Positions 39,599 through 50,288 of a stretch of DNA of 64,000 nt are shown here, piece by piece; the first letter of the stretch is position 1, and each line of letters opens with the position of its first letter. Origin of the DNA: Actinomycetes bacterium (GTDB lineage: Bacteria; Actinomycetota; Acidimicrobiia; Acidimicrobiales; JAKAVM01); the NCBI GenBank assembly GCA_021827485.1, contig JAKAVM010000091.1, forward strand, positions 5,230 through 69,229, written 5' to 3'. The position numbers were made by a program, and so were the translations under genes. A model generated the notes under the pieces. It worked only from the letters and a program-made list of their open reading frames with translations, was not told where the DNA came from and made no database searches.

Positions 39599-39901
39599 AT
39601 GAGTAGCCGGATCGCTAAAGAAGAAGTTCTACATATTGCCGAGCTGGCGAGGCTCGAACTTGACGAAAGAGAAGTGGAAACTTATACACTTCAACTAGGC
39701 GCGATACTCGATCATGCTTCGGCAATTTCCGAACTTGACTTGAGAGAAGTTATTCCCATGACACATCCTCTGCCGTTGAGCAATGTTTTAAGAGACGACA
39801 TAATTGATGAGTCTCTACAGGAAGCTGATTTTGCAAAGTCGGCACCGGATTTTGAAGATCACAGGTTTCGAGTTCCAAAGATTTTGGAAGATAGTGTCTG
39901 A
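39599..39901 (+). CDS. gatC: Asp/Glu-tRNA(Asn/Gln) amidotransferase subunit C
   Basis: MSSRIAKEEVLHIAELARLELDEREVE..., about 100 aa, immediately upstream of gatA. The track ORF start 39530 overlaps the hydrolase gene. Confidence 0.88.
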   Translation: MSSRIAKEEVLHIAELARLELDEREVETYTLQLGAILDHASAISELDLREVIPMTHPLPLSNVLRDDIIDESLQEADFAKSAPDFEDHRFRVPKILEDSV

Positions 39902-39925
39902 ATTGTTCTTTTTGCGAGTGACGGG

Positions 39926-41359
39926 ATGAGGTCCCATTTCCCAAGAGCTGGGGTTAGAGAGACGGCAACCGCTGTTAAGACCGGGTTCACATCTTGTGCT
40001 TCGATTGTTTCAGAGTGCCTTGAGTCTATTACGCGTGGCGAAGATGATATACACGCATTCAACATGGTATTAGATAATCAGGCTCGTCAACGTGCGTTAG
40101 AGATTGACGAGCTAATTTCCAAGGGTATTGACCCAGGCCCGCTAGCCGGTGTTCCAATTGCTATCAAGGACAATATTTGTATTCGATCTGTTCCAACTAC
40201 GTGTTCTTCTAAGATATTAGAGCGATGGGTGCCACCGTACGATGCAACTGTTATCGGTAAGCTGATCGATAGTGGCGCTGTAATAGTTGGCAAGACAAAT
40301 CTTGATGAGTTTGCCATGGGCTCTTCAACCGAGAACTCAGCCTATGGGCCAACTAGAAATCCTTGTAATTTAGAGTTTGTACCAGGTGGTTCCAGTGGAG
40401 GCAGTGCGGCAAGTGTGTCGGGAGGATTTGTATCAGCCGCTTTAGGTTCAGACACTGGTGGTTCAATTCGCCAACCTGCTTCACTATGTGGTGTTGTTGG
40501 GGTGAAGCCAACTTATGGTCGAGTGTCGCGCTATGGCTTAGTGGCTTTTGCTAGCTCGCTGGATCAAATTGGGCCACTATGTTCTAATGTTGGCGATGCT
40601 GCTTTGATGTGTGAGGTGATTGGAGGCCACGATCCTCGAGATTCCACTTCAATCGTAAGTGAGTTTGGTGGTTTAGTTGAGGCTTGTGAAATAGGAATTG
40701 AAGGTGTTCGAATCGGCATAGTAAAAGACTTATTAGATGTGTCGTCAGAGGATGTAAAGAAAGCTTTCAATGACTGCATAGAGAATCTCTCAGCTAAGGG
40801 GGCGAAAGTCGACGAAATTTCGATGCCCGAACTATCATATGCGCTGGCCGCCTACTATATCATTGCCCCGGCAGAGGCTTCGTCGAATCTGGCTAGATAT
40901 GATGGGGTGCGTTACGGGCTAAGGGTTGGCGGTGATGACGTTCAATCAATGATGAAAGCCACGAGAAGTACTGGTTTCGGACCAGAAGTAAAACGGAGAA
41001 TAATGCTAGGTACGTATGCGCTGTCCTCTGGGTATTACGATGCCTACTACGGTCAAGCCCAAAGGGTGAGAAGTCTCGTATCACGGGCATTCAATCGAGC
41101 CTATGAGTCTTTTGACGTACTTATATCTCCTACTTCACCAACAGTGGCTTTCAAACTTGGTTCAAAAATGGATCCTTTAGAGATGTATAATAGTGATATA
41201 TGCACGATACCATCTAACTTAGCTGGTCACCCGGCGATGAGCGTTCCTTATGGCTACGGTGAATTGGGCTTACCGGTTGGGGTACAAGTCATGGCACCGG
41301 CCCTAGGCGAAGAAGTCATGTTCCAGGTGGCGGCCGCTATAGAGAGGCTTGCCAAGTGA
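39926..41359 (+). CDS. gatA: Asp/Glu-tRNA(Asn/Gln) amidotransferase subunit A
   Basis: Has the amidase signature GGSSGGSAASV, GSDTGGSIRQPA and the block KPTYGRVSRYGL. Confidence 0.93.
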   Translation: MRSHFPRAGVRETATAVKTGFTSCASIVSECLESITRGEDDIHAFNMVLDNQARQRALEIDELISKGIDPGPLAGVPIAIKDNICIRSVPTTCSSKILERWVPPYDATVIGKLIDSGAVIVGKTNLDEFAMGSSTENSAYGPTRNPCNLEFVPGGSSGGSAASVSGGFVSAALGSDTGGSIRQPASLCGVVGVKPTYGRVSRYGLVAFASSLDQIGPLCSNVGDAALMCEVIGGHDPRDSTSIVSEFGGLVEACEIGIEGVRIGIVKDLLDVSSEDVKKAFNDCIENLSAKGAKVDEISMPELSYALAAYYIIAPAEASSNLARYDGVRYGLRVGGDDVQSMMKATRSTGFGPEVKRRIMLGTYALSSGYYDAYYGQAQRVRSLVSRAFNRAYESFDVLISPTSPTVAFKLGSKMDPLEMYNSDICTIPSNLAGHPAMSVPYGYGELGLPVGVQVMAPALGEEVMFQVAAAIERLAK

Positions 41360-42876
41360 ACCAGGTCCAAGCAACAAAGTGGGACATAGTTGTTGGACTG
41401 GAAGTTCACTGCGAGCTTGATACCAACACAAAGCTTTTTTGTGGATGCCCGAATTCTTTTGGAGATGATCCTAATACCAATGTCTGTCCAGTATGCCTAG
41501 GACTTCCAGGGTCACTTCCAGTACTAAACGCACGGGCAGTTGATCTTGCGATGAGGATCGGTGCTGCCTTACATTGCGATATTCGTCCATCAAGATTCCA
41601 TCGCAAGAACTATTTCTATCCTGATATGCCCAAAGACTACCAAATCTCGCAGTACGATGCGCCAATTAATTGTGATGGTTGGTTGGAACTTTCCAGTGGC
41701 AAGAGGGTTGGAATCGAGCGTGCCCATATCGAAGAGGACACTGGCAAGACAACTCATATAGGTGAATCGGGTAGGATCCAAGGAGCTACTAGCTCCTTGG
41801 TTGACTACAACCGTGCCGGCGTTCCTTTAGTGGAGATTGTTTCTGCTCCGGACATGAATTGTGCCGAGGAAGCTAAAGATTATGTGAGTGAGCTGCGTTC
41901 GATCCTCATTGCATGCGGCGCATCTGATGGGAAGATGGAAGAAGGGTCCCTGCGTGTTGACGCTAATGTATCGGTTAAGCCTGCAGGATCGCGGGAGTTT
42001 GGTACGCGCTGCGAGATAAAAAATGTAAATTCGCTCAAGTCCTTAGTTAGGGCTATTGAGTATGAAGCGCTAAGACAAATAGCGCTCATAGAGAGTGGCG
42101 AGGTCGTGAGGCAAGAGACACGGCACTTCAATGAAAACGATGGGAAGACAACCACCATGCGTTCCAAGGAAGATTCCCATGACTATCGTTACTTTCCAGA
42201 ACCCGACCTTGTGGTGCTCTCTCCTGATGAAGCTTGGATTGAGGGGATTCGTTCAGGCTTGCCACCGATGCCAGCAGAGCGAAGGGCTTTGATTGGAGCA
42301 AAGTGCGGGGCCAAGGAGCCGGGATCGCCATCGGCGAATCAAGTGGCTACTGTTGTTTCCCTTGGACTCGATAATCTAGTTCTCAGATCTATTGAAAGCG
42401 GAGGAGATCCCAAATTGGCGTTGTCAAGGGCTGCTAACGAAGCGGCAGCCAGAGAGGACTTGGCACTGAGGTTGTCGCCAGCATCCTTTGCAAAGCTAAT
42501 TTCGATGGAGGGATCAGGGAAGATTTCTGCAACACAGTCAAAGACGATTCTTGGAGCGATGCTTGAAGAAGTTGCCGAGCAAATCGGTACTGGTTCGGGC
42601 ACCGAAAGTACATCTTTTAGCGGGTTCGTCGAATGTGATCCGGAGAAGATCGCCCAAGAGCGAGGTTTCGAACAGATGGACGCTAGTGCTTTACTGGGCT
42701 CAATCGACGAGATTATTGCTTCGAATCCTGATGAGTGGCAAAGGTTTGTATCAGGCGATGAGAAGGTAACGCAGTTTTTTGTGGGCCAGGTGATGCGGGC
42801 AACAAGAGGTCAAGCAGACGGCAAATCAGTCATAGCTTTGCTTCGGGCAAAGAAGGACGATTTGCAAAACATATGA
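41356..42876 (+). CDS. gatB: Asp/Glu-tRNA(Asn/Gln) amidotransferase subunit B
   Basis: GLEVHCELDTNTKLFCGC, CPVCLGLPGSLP and the block ERAHIEEDTGK. The GTG start overlaps the gatA stop (GTGA). Confidence 0.93.
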   Translation: MNQVQATKWDIVVGLEVHCELDTNTKLFCGCPNSFGDDPNTNVCPVCLGLPGSLPVLNARAVDLAMRIGAALHCDIRPSRFHRKNYFYPDMPKDYQISQYDAPINCDGWLELSSGKRVGIERAHIEEDTGKTTHIGESGRIQGATSSLVDYNRAGVPLVEIVSAPDMNCAEEAKDYVSELRSILIACGASDGKMEEGSLRVDANVSVKPAGSREFGTRCEIKNVNSLKSLVRAIEYEALRQIALIESGEVVRQETRHFNENDGKTTTMRSKEDSHDYRYFPEPDLVVLSPDEAWIEGIRSGLPPMPAERRALIGAKCGAKEPGSPSANQVATVVSLGLDNLVLRSIESGGDPKLALSRAANEAAAREDLALRLSPASFAKLISMEGSGKISATQSKTILGAMLEEVAEQIGTGSGTESTSFSGFVECDPEKIAQERGFEQMDASALLGSIDEIIASNPDEWQRFVSGDEKVTQFFVGQVMRATRGQADGKSVIALLRAKKDDLQNI

Positions 42877-42895
42877 GTAAAGGAAGTAATTAAAA

Positions 42896-44623
42896 ATGTC
42901 CGAAGGTACCAGCACCCCAATAAGTAGACTAAAGATCAGGTCTGGGGAAGTAACTGATGGTTACACACGGGCACCAGCAAGGGCTATGCTACGTGCAATT
43001 GGGATGGGTGACGACGATTGGTCAAAACCTCAAATTGGTGTTGCTTCCTCGTGGAATGAAGTTACCCCTTGCAACATGCCCTTATCGAGATTGGCTCAAC
43101 ACTGTAAAGCTGGTGTTAGGCAAGCTGGTGGCTATCCAATTGAGTTTGTAACCATTGCAGTTTCGGATGGTATTTCCATGGGCCACGAAGGGATGAGAGC
43201 CTCCCTCGTTTCTCGCGAAGTAATTGCTGACTCGGTAGAAACCGTTATGCATGCAGAAAGGTTTGACGGGATGGCGTGCCTGGCTGGATGTGATAAGTCT
43301 CTCCCAGGAATGTTGATGGCTGCCGCTCGACTTGATCTACCTAGCGTTTTTCTTTACGGCGGTACAATTGTTCCAGGCTGTTTGCCTCATCCCCTTGGAA
43401 ATGCTGCAATTGACGATCGAGCTTTAGATATTGTCAGCGTATTTGAGGCGGTGGGCGCGTTTTCTTCAGGGACACTTACCCAGGAAGAACTTGACTTGGT
43501 TGAGCGAAACGCCTGCCCGACCGAAGGAAGCTGTGCAGGAATGTTTACTGCTAATACCATGGCAGCAGTAGCCGAAGCGTTGGGGATGGCACTCCCGGGA
43601 AGCTCTTGCGCGCCAGCTCCAGATATTCGCAGAGAGGTAATGGCAAACGAATCAGGCAAGGCAGTGGTGAACCTGTTAGAGCTGGGTGTTAGGCCGCGAC
43701 AGATCATAACTCGTGACTCGATACTAAATGCTATTGCAGTTGTGAATGCACTAGGTGGCTCGACAAATGCAGTCTTACACCTACTTGCGATTGCTTACGA
43801 AGCAAGAGTTGATATTGAGCTTGATGATTTCAATAAAGTAGCTCTGAAGGTACCCCACATATGCGATACCAAACCTCATGGCAAGTACCACATGGTTGAT
43901 ATAGATCGAGTCGGAGGTATACCTACGATCTTGAAACATCTTCTCGATAACGGACTGGTAAATGGTGATTGCTTGACAGTTACAGGTAAGACTTTGGCCG
44001 AGAATTTAGCGCTAATAGATCCACCAGATCCTGACGATGATGTTATCCATCCTATCTCAAGGCCAATCCATTCACGTGGAGGGATTGCAGTTCTTAGTGG
44101 TTCTTTGGCTCCGCTGGGTTCAGTGGTTAAGGTAGCTGGGATTGATCAGACTCTTTTTGATGGTCGGGCTAGAGTATTTGATGGAGAAGCAGATGCGATG
44201 GAAGCCATTTTGGCTGGTACGATTGAGGCCGGAACTGTTGTGGTCATCCGATATGAAGGGCCGAAGGGGGGACCGGGAATGCGAGAGATGCTAGCAGTGA
44301 CTGGTGCCATGAAAGGGGCCGGGCGCGGGGGGGACTGTGCACTAATTACCGATGGACGATTTTCTGGTGGGACTCATGGATTTTGCATTGGCCATGTTGC
44401 ACCTGAGGCACTTGATGGCGGTCCGATTGCATTTGTCCAAGATGGAGACCGGATTATCATAGATGTCGAAAAGCGATCTATTGATCTAATGGTCGACGAT
44501 GATGAGATGGGCAAGCGCAAATTGAGTTGGAAAGCTCCAGAACCACGTTATACAAGTGGAGTTCTTGCGAAATTTGCTAGATTAGTGCAAGGTGCGGATA
44601 AAGGTGCGGTAACTCAGGCCTAA
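42896..44623 (+). CDS. ilvD: Dihydroxy-acid dehydratase
   Basis: Has [38 protein letters not shown] and [11 protein letters not shown]. Confidence 0.93.
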   Translation: MSEGTSTPISRLKIRSGEVTDGYTRAPARAMLRAIGMGDDDWSKPQIGVASSWNEVTPCNMPLSRLAQHCKAGVRQAGGYPIEFVTIAVSDGISMGHEGMRASLVSREVIADSVETVMHAERFDGMACLAGCDKSLPGMLMAAARLDLPSVFLYGGTIVPGCLPHPLGNAAIDDRALDIVSVFEAVGAFSSGTLTQEELDLVERNACPTEGSCAGMFTANTMAAVAEALGMALPGSSCAPAPDIRREVMANESGKAVVNLLELGVRPRQIITRDSILNAIAVVNALGGSTNAVLHLLAIAYEARVDIELDDFNKVALKVPHICDTKPHGKYHMVDIDRVGGIPTILKHLLDNGLVNGDCLTVTGKTLAENLALIDPPDPDDDVIHPISRPIHSRGGIAVLSGSLAPLGSVVKVAGIDQTLFDGRARVFDGEADAMEAILAGTIEAGTVVVIRYEGPKGGPGMREMLAVTGAMKGAGRGGDCALITDGRFSGGTHGFCIGHVAPEALDGGPIAFVQDGDRIIIDVEKRSIDLMVDDDEMGKRKLSWKAPEPRYTSGVLAKFARLVQGADKGAVTQA

Positions 44624-44649
44624 AGTGGTGCGGATAAAGGTGACGTAAC
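44591..44649 (+). repeat. Duplicated ilvD 3' terminus (23-nt copies, period 36)
   Basis: GGTGCGGATAAAGGTGCGGTAAC (44591-44613, coding GADKGAVT) is repeated as GGTGCGGATAAAGGTGACGTAAC at 44627-44649, just after the stop codon. Confidence 0.9.
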
Positions 44650-44692
44650 CCGATTTGCGTTATGTTGGCAACTGTGTAAGAATGATCTTCAA

Positions 44693-44728
44693 ATGATACG
44701 CTTTATTTCCTCGCTCGTAGTAGTCTGA
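44693..44728 (+). promoter_or_regulatory. Candidate ilvBNC leader peptide MIRFISSLVVV (branched-chain amino acid attenuation)
   Basis: An 11-codon ORF with 6 of 11 codons for Ile/Leu/Val, including a terminal VVV run. It is followed directly by a hairpin (44731-44753) and a terminator (44758-44788), about 115 nt before ilvB. Confidence 0.55.
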
Positions 44729-44757
44729 CAGCACGCAGCTTTCGCTTGCGTGCATTG

Positions 44758-44788
44758 AGCCTCCCATTCGGGGGGCTTTTTCTTTTCC
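44758..44788 (+). terminator. Rho-independent terminator / attenuator between ilvD and ilvB
   Basis: Stem AGCCTCCC / GGGGGGCT (one G-U pair), loop ATTC, then the T-tract TTTTTCTTTTCC. Confidence 0.6.
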
Positions 44789-44902
44789 GAAAGTTTTTAG
44801 AGAAAAGAGAACTACAACTCCAATGGGTTCCAAGGTTCCCGGAGGCTAAGATCTAAAGCACATTTGCACAAATTATAGAAATAAGAAACTAGCAAACAAG
44901 GA

Positions 44903-46687
44903 ATGGCAAAAATGAAACTAACTGGCGCTCAAGCTCTAATTCGTTCGTTAGAAAGTTGTGGTACCGAGGTAGTATTTGGCCTTCCTGGAGGGGCAATTCT
45001 TCCAGTATATGATCCGATTATAGATTCATCGCTTCGCCATATCCTTGTTCGCCATGAGCAAGGTGCAGGCCACGCTGCAGAAGGATATGCCCATGCCACA
45101 GGTCGCCCAGGTGTTGCAATGGTGACCTCGGGACCGGGGGCTACAAATATAGTGACAGCTCTGGCGGATGCCTACATGGACTCGATCCCCATGGTATGTA
45201 TCACTGGTCAAGTCCCAGTAGGCGCTATTGGAACTGATGCTTTCCAGGAGTCCGACACGACTGGGATAACTATGAGTGTAACCAAGCACAACTGGTTGGT
45301 GACTAGCGCCCAGGATATTCCTCGAATTGTTGCTGAAGCCTTTCACGTTGCTACTACTGGACGGCCTGGCCCGGTTTTGATCGATCTTCCCAAGGATATA
45401 TCTAACTCCGAGATGGAGTGGTATTGGCCAGATGAATCTGACTTTGATCTACCAGGATATAAGCCAAATCTGCGCCCACATCCTCGAATGATAACCCAGG
45501 CAGCCAAGATGATTGTTCAAGCGCAAAGACCAGTTATCTATGCTGGCGGTGGAGTTATCAAGGCACGGGCGTCCGAAGCCTTGTTAGAACTTGCACAGCT
45601 CACAAAGATTCCAGTTGTGACAACCTTGATGGCTCGTGGTGCAATTTCCGATGATCACCCGCTCTGCTTGGGGATGCCTGGTATGCATGGCAACTACACG
45701 GCAGTTACCTCGATCCAACAGTGCGATCTACTTATCTGTCTCGGTGCGAGATTTGATGATAGGGTTACTGGCAAGATTTCGGCCTTTGCCCCTAAAGCCA
45801 AGGTGATTCATGTTGACGTTGATCCTGCCGAGCTTGGGAAAGTTAGGGTTGCTGAGATACCGATAGTTGCTGATTGTAAACTTGCAATTGAAGAACTCAC
45901 AAAGGCAGTTACAGCACTGGTTGGGGCATCTTCTAAAGAGGATTTCTGGGCGAGCAAGCCCCGCTTAGAGTGGGCTGAGCAGATTGCGACCTGGCAGCAC
46001 AACTACCCAATGGTCTATGACAAGTCAGATGATTCAAGCGGGGTCAAGCCCCAAGCCGTGATCGAAACCTTGCGTTCGCTTACTCCCGACGACACGATCT
46101 TGGTGTCAGGTGTTGGCCAACATCAAATGTGGGCGTCACAGTACTGGAAGTTCCGTCATCCAAATACCTGGGTAAATTCGGGGGGGCTGGGTACCATGGG
46201 TTTCGCTGTTCCCGCAGCCCTTGGCGCCAAGGTTGGGCGTCCCGATCGAATGGTGTGGGCTATTGATGGAGATGGGTGCTTTCAGATGACAGCACAAGAG
46301 ATAGTCACTGCGACCATGGAACAGATTCCAATAAAGATAGCGATTTTGAATAATGCCTATCTTGGGATGGTTCGCCAGTGGCAAGAGATGTTCTATGAGG
46401 AGCGTTACTCAGAGGTCTACCTGTCACCCGATTTACCAGATTACGTAAAGTGGACGGAGGCAATGGGTGGTGTTGGGCTGAAAGTTGAGTCATCAGATGA
46501 AATTGAGAATACCATTGATAAAGCCAACTCCATCAACGATCGGCCAGTGGTGATTGATTTTCGAATTGATGCAACGGAAAAAGTATTTCCAATGGTTCCA
46601 GCCGGACATTCCAATGATGACATTGTTGTTGGTCCTGCTATAGAAGCCTACTTCAACTCACTATCTAAAAAGGATATAAAGCAATGA
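44903..46687 (+). CDS. ilvB: Acetolactate synthase large subunit
   Basis: Has the ThDP enzyme blocks GLPGGAILPVYD, HEQGAGHAAEGYA and GGLGTMGFAVPAALGA...DGDGCFQM. Confidence 0.93.
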   Translation: MAKMKLTGAQALIRSLESCGTEVVFGLPGGAILPVYDPIIDSSLRHILVRHEQGAGHAAEGYAHATGRPGVAMVTSGPGATNIVTALADAYMDSIPMVCITGQVPVGAIGTDAFQESDTTGITMSVTKHNWLVTSAQDIPRIVAEAFHVATTGRPGPVLIDLPKDISNSEMEWYWPDESDFDLPGYKPNLRPHPRMITQAAKMIVQAQRPVIYAGGGVIKARASEALLELAQLTKIPVVTTLMARGAISDDHPLCLGMPGMHGNYTAVTSIQQCDLLICLGARFDDRVTGKISAFAPKAKVIHVDVDPAELGKVRVAEIPIVADCKLAIEELTKAVTALVGASSKEDFWASKPRLEWAEQIATWQHNYPMVYDKSDDSSGVKPQAVIETLRSLTPDDTILVSGVGQHQMWASQYWKFRHPNTWVNSGGLGTMGFAVPAALGAKVGRPDRMVWAIDGDGCFQMTAQEIVTATMEQIPIKIAILNNAYLGMVRQWQEMFYEERYSEVYLSPDLPDYVKWTEAMGGVGLKVESSDEIENTIDKANSINDRPVVIDFRIDATEKVFPMVPAGHSNDDIVVGPAIEAYFNSLSKKDIKQ

Positions 46688-47211
46688 GCCAAAGACACCA
46701 TGTTCTATCAGTCCTTGTTGAAAACAAAGCAGGTGTCCTAGCAAGAGTTGCTGCACTGTTTTCGAGAAGAGGATTCAATATTTACACATTAGTTGCTGCG
46801 CCAACAGATGATCCGAGGTTCTCCAGGCTAACTGTAGTAGTAGATGTGGAAAGTTCAACTCTTGAGCAAATAACCAAGCAGCTTTTCAAACTTATAAATG
46901 TTGTGAAAATTTCTGAACTTGATCCAGACGAAGCGATTGAGCGCGAGCTTGCGTTACTCACTGTTCAGGCAGATGTGAATACTCGGAGTCAAGTTATTGA
47001 GTTAGTAAGTGTTTTCGAGGGCAAGATAGTTGATGTGGGAAGTGACCAGCTAACCATTATGCTCGCTGGCGAGCCATCTAAACTCGATGGGTTCGAGCAA
47101 CTCATGCGAGGCTTCGGAATCATTGATCTTCAAAGAAGCGGACGGGTAGCACTTGCTAAATTGGAGATAGGTCGGCCTAAACTTCATAGCGTTACCGGAC
47201 AGGCAAACTAA
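46684..47211 (+). CDS. ilvN: Acetolactate synthase small (regulatory) subunit
   Basis: Has the ACT domain HVLSVLVENKAGVLARVAALFSRRGFNI. The ATGA overlaps the ilvB stop. Confidence 0.92.
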   Translation: MSQRHHVLSVLVENKAGVLARVAALFSRRGFNIYTLVAAPTDDPRFSRLTVVVDVESSTLEQITKQLFKLINVVKISELDPDEAIERELALLTVQADVNTRSQVIELVSVFEGKIVDVGSDQLTIMLAGEPSKLDGFEQLMRGFGIIDLQRSGRVALAKLEIGRPKLHSVTGQAN

Positions 47212-47293
47212 AAATATCAAGAAAATAAGCAGCTAAGAACTTACAAACCCAACATAGACAAGACTGAGCATAGAGAAAGGCATATGGAAACAG

Positions 47294-48316
47294 ATGGCAC
47301 AGATGTATTACGACAAGGACTGCGACCCCAATCTCATAAGATCAAAGAAGGTAGCTATTATTGGATATGGCTCGCAAGGGCATGCTCATGCTCTAAATTT
47401 GCGAGACAGCGGAGTAGATGTACGAGTTGGACTGCGTGAAGGATCAAGTTCACGCACTAAAGCGATCGAGGCGGGGCTCAAAGTCGCCAGTATCGCTGAC
47501 GCTACTCTAGAAGCTGATCTGGTAATGCTCCTCACTCCAGACACAGAGATGAAGCGGGTTTACGATTCTGAGATTGCACCGAATCTTTCAGGAGGGGCAG
47601 CAGTTCTTTTTGCCCATGGGTTTAATATTCGGTTTGGACTTATAGCGCCTAACTCAGATCTTGATGTCATAATGGTAGCGCCTAAGGGACCTGGACATCT
47701 GGTCCGTCGGACTTATCAGGAAGGTGGAGGGGTTCCAGCACTCATAGCTGTCGAGCAAGACGCGTCGGGCAAAGCTAGGCAACTAGGCCTTTCTTATGCT
47801 TATGGGATTGGGGCAAGTCGGGCAGGCGTTCTTGAGACTACCTTTGCCGAGGAGACTGAGACGGATCTCTTTGGTGAGCAAGTTGTTTTGTGCGGTGGCC
47901 TTACCTCTCTCGTCAAGAGTGGTTTTGAGACTTTAGTTAGTGCTGGCTACCAGCCAGAAGTTGCCTATTTTGAGTGCCTTCATGAGGTCAAGCTAATTGT
48001 TGATCTTATGTATGAACAAGGTATTGCAGGCATGAGATTTTCAATTTCCGATACTGCTGAGTACGGTGATTTGACTCGTGGGCCGAGAGTTATTGATGAT
48101 CACGTAAGAGCTACAATGAGTACGATCCTTTCTGAGATCCAGTCAGGTAAGTTTGCCCAGGAGTGGATTGCAGAAAATGAGCAAGGGCGCAAACGCTTCA
48201 AAGAACTTGAGGCGAGCGATAGTGAGCATCAGATTGAGAAGGTTGGGGCTAAATTGAGAGAGATGATGCCATGGATATCAACTGGCACTCGACTTCAAGA
48301 TGTGTCGGGGGGCTAG
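47294..48316 (+). CDS. ilvC: Ketol-acid reductoisomerase (class I)
   Basis: Has [19 protein letters not shown] and the blocks [15 protein letters not shown] and VLCGG. Confidence 0.93.
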   Translation: MAQMYYDKDCDPNLIRSKKVAIIGYGSQGHAHALNLRDSGVDVRVGLREGSSSRTKAIEAGLKVASIADATLEADLVMLLTPDTEMKRVYDSEIAPNLSGGAAVLFAHGFNIRFGLIAPNSDLDVIMVAPKGPGHLVRRTYQEGGGVPALIAVEQDASGKARQLGLSYAYGIGASRAGVLETTFAEETETDLFGEQVVLCGGLTSLVKSGFETLVSAGYQPEVAYFECLHEVKLIVDLMYEQGIAGMRFSISDTAEYGDLTRGPRVIDDHVRATMSTILSEIQSGKFAQEWIAENEQGRKRFKELEASDSEHQIEKVGAKLREMMPWISTGTRLQDVSGG

Positions 48317-48323
48317 TTTCCAA

Positions 48324-49469
48324 GTGGCCGATAATTTAGCTGAAACAAGAGATATCTCAACCCTTAGGATTCCTGATGATCTAAAACCCCGTGATGGACG
48401 ATTTGGCTCAGGGCCCTCCAAAACCCGAAATGCTTCATTAGAGGCTCTTATCAAATCTTCAACTAGTTACCTTGGGACCTCTCACCGTCAGTCGACGGTC
48501 AAGTCGCAAGTTGGGAGAGTGCGCCAAGGTCTCAAGGAGCTTTTTGGTCTTGACGATGGGTACGAGATAGTGCTGGGCAACGGTGGAAGCACAGCTTTTT
48601 GGGAGATTGCAGTGTGTGGGCTGATTGAGAGGCGCAGTCAGCACCTGGTATTTGGTGAATTTTCATCGAAGTTTGCTCAGTCGGCCAAGGCCTGTCCTCA
48701 CATTGAAGATCCTCAGATTATTGAATCTCCTGTTGGCGCTCATCCATTTGCAGTTGCCGCAGACGATATTGATGTTTATGCGCTAACGCACAATGAGACC
48801 TCGACTGGGGTTTCAATGGAAATTGCGCGACCCGATGGCGCAACGGGCTTAGTAGTTGTTGATGCAACCTCAGCAGCAGGTGGACTGCGCTTTAGGCCTA
48901 GCGAATGCGACGTTTACTACTTTGCTCCGCAGAAATGCTTTGGCGGGGACGGGGGACTCTGGCTAAGTGCAATGTCACCGGCGGCGATAGAGAGGGCTAA
49001 CAAGCTTTGCAAGGATTCACGCCGTTGGGTGCCAGCCTTTCTCGACTTATCTATTGCTATTGAAAATTCTTTAGTCGATCAGACGTATAACACCCCAAGT
49101 TTGACGACGATTTTGATGCTTGCAGAGCAGGTGGATTGGATGAATCAAAACGGTGGAATGAGCTTTTCCAGCGGGCGTTGTGACCGCTCGGCCGAGATTT
49201 TATACACGTGGGCGCAATCATCAAAGTATGCGACTCCATTTGTATCGGATCCGGCTATGCGCAGCCATGTCGTAGGCACCATTGACTTTGACGATTCTAT
49301 TGATGCGTCGCAGATAGCCAAGGTATTGCGGTCTAACGGCATTGTAGATACTGAGCCCTATAGGAAGCTTGGGCGTAATCAACTACGAATTGCGATGTTT
49401 CCCAATGTGGACCCTGAGGATATTGAGTTATTGACGCAGGCAATTGATTGGGTGGCTGAGAGGCTCTAG
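48324..49469 (+). CDS. serC: Phosphoserine aminotransferase (actinobacterial type)
   Basis: IPDDLKPRDGRFGSGPSK is the typical N-terminus. The block YYFAPQKCFGGDGG contains the PLP lysine. The start is set at GTG 48324; track start 48300 overlaps ilvC. Confidence 0.85.
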   Translation: MADNLAETRDISTLRIPDDLKPRDGRFGSGPSKTRNASLEALIKSSTSYLGTSHRQSTVKSQVGRVRQGLKELFGLDDGYEIVLGNGGSTAFWEIAVCGLIERRSQHLVFGEFSSKFAQSAKACPHIEDPQIIESPVGAHPFAVAADDIDVYALTHNETSTGVSMEIARPDGATGLVVVDATSAAGGLRFRPSECDVYYFAPQKCFGGDGGLWLSAMSPAAIERANKLCKDSRRWVPAFLDLSIAIENSLVDQTYNTPSLTTILMLAEQVDWMNQNGGMSFSSGRCDRSAEILYTWAQSSKYATPFVSDPAMRSHVVGTIDFDDSIDASQIAKVLRSNGIVDTEPYRKLGRNQLRIAMFPNVDPEDIELLTQAIDWVAERL

Positions 49470-49670
49470 CTTGACCGATATAGGAGTAATTACCTACATC
49501 AATTGAGTGCTGAAGGGCTAGTAATGCTGGTCACTAGGTGGAATCACCCAGTTTATTTAGAGTGATAATCAGGTAAAATTTCTACTGTGAAGCGCAGAGG
49601 AAGAGCTGGAGCAACCTGCAAGGTGACGATAGAAGGCGGACCGCGTGAAACGGTTAGGGCAAGAGGTGGG

Positions 49671-50288
49671 GTGTCTGGCCCAATCATTGAGCGTTTTCGC
49701 CAGGTCTGGGGCCAAAATTCGCCTGGCTTTGGGATTATCGAAGCAATGATTGCGATTTTCATGTTGAGTGCGATAACTGTAGTGACAGTGAATACGCTCA
49801 GGAGTGAGACAAGTAATTCGAATGCCAACAGAAGCGAAATTGTTGCAACTGGTCTCGCAAAGCAGGCAATTGCACAGGCTGAGATTGAGATCAATGCGGA
49901 TAGTCCAACAACTTTTCCAGAGCCCTTTGTACTGAACTACTCAAACCCAGCATGTAATCCAGCGCCAACCTCTCAGACATGTATGCCTGGGATCTCAAAT
50001 GGGTATAACGATCCTTACACTTCCACCGCTGCCCCGGTTGAAGTAAATGGCGGTCAAACTGGCGCAAATAGTCAAAAGATTCCATTCACTGTAACCACTG
50101 AGGCCTATTGGCAGTGTCCCACTAATATTCAATCTGGTAATGTAGTGCCAATCTTCATGGTAGTTGTTTCGGTAACGGCGCCGACGCTAACCCATTTTGT
50201 GGCCGTACAGCAGTCAACTTCGTTTGCTGCTCCTGGTACGATCAATACCGCACTGCTTGGACCTGATACGGGATACCAATGTTTTTAG
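49671..50288 (+). CDS. Type IV pilin-like minor pilin (PilV-like) with a prepilin N-terminal cleavage/methylation motif
   Basis: The motif is SPG|FGIIEAMIAIFMLSAITVV (G-1, F+1, E+5). GTG 49671 has the SD AGAGGTGGG just upstream. The track start 49587 would give a 45-aa leader. Confidence 0.7.
   Translation: MSGPIIERFRQVWGQNSPGFGIIEAMIAIFMLSAITVVTVNTLRSETSNSNANRSEIVATGLAKQAIAQAEIEINADSPTTFPEPFVLNYSNPACNPAPTSQTCMPGISNGYNDPYTSTAAPVEVNGGQTGANSQKIPFTVTTEAYWQCPTNIQSGNVVPIFMVVVSVTAPTLTHFVAVQQSTSFAAPGTINTALLGPDTGYQCF

Noticed and set aside
49553-49894. 113-aa minus-strand ORF and the long plus-strand leader (49587-49670) of the first pilin gene
   Set aside because: The minus ORF is antisense to the pilin N-terminal helix. 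For the plus gene, GTG 49671 with a good SD gives a conventional 17-aa prepilin leader, so the 45-aa leader is unlikely.
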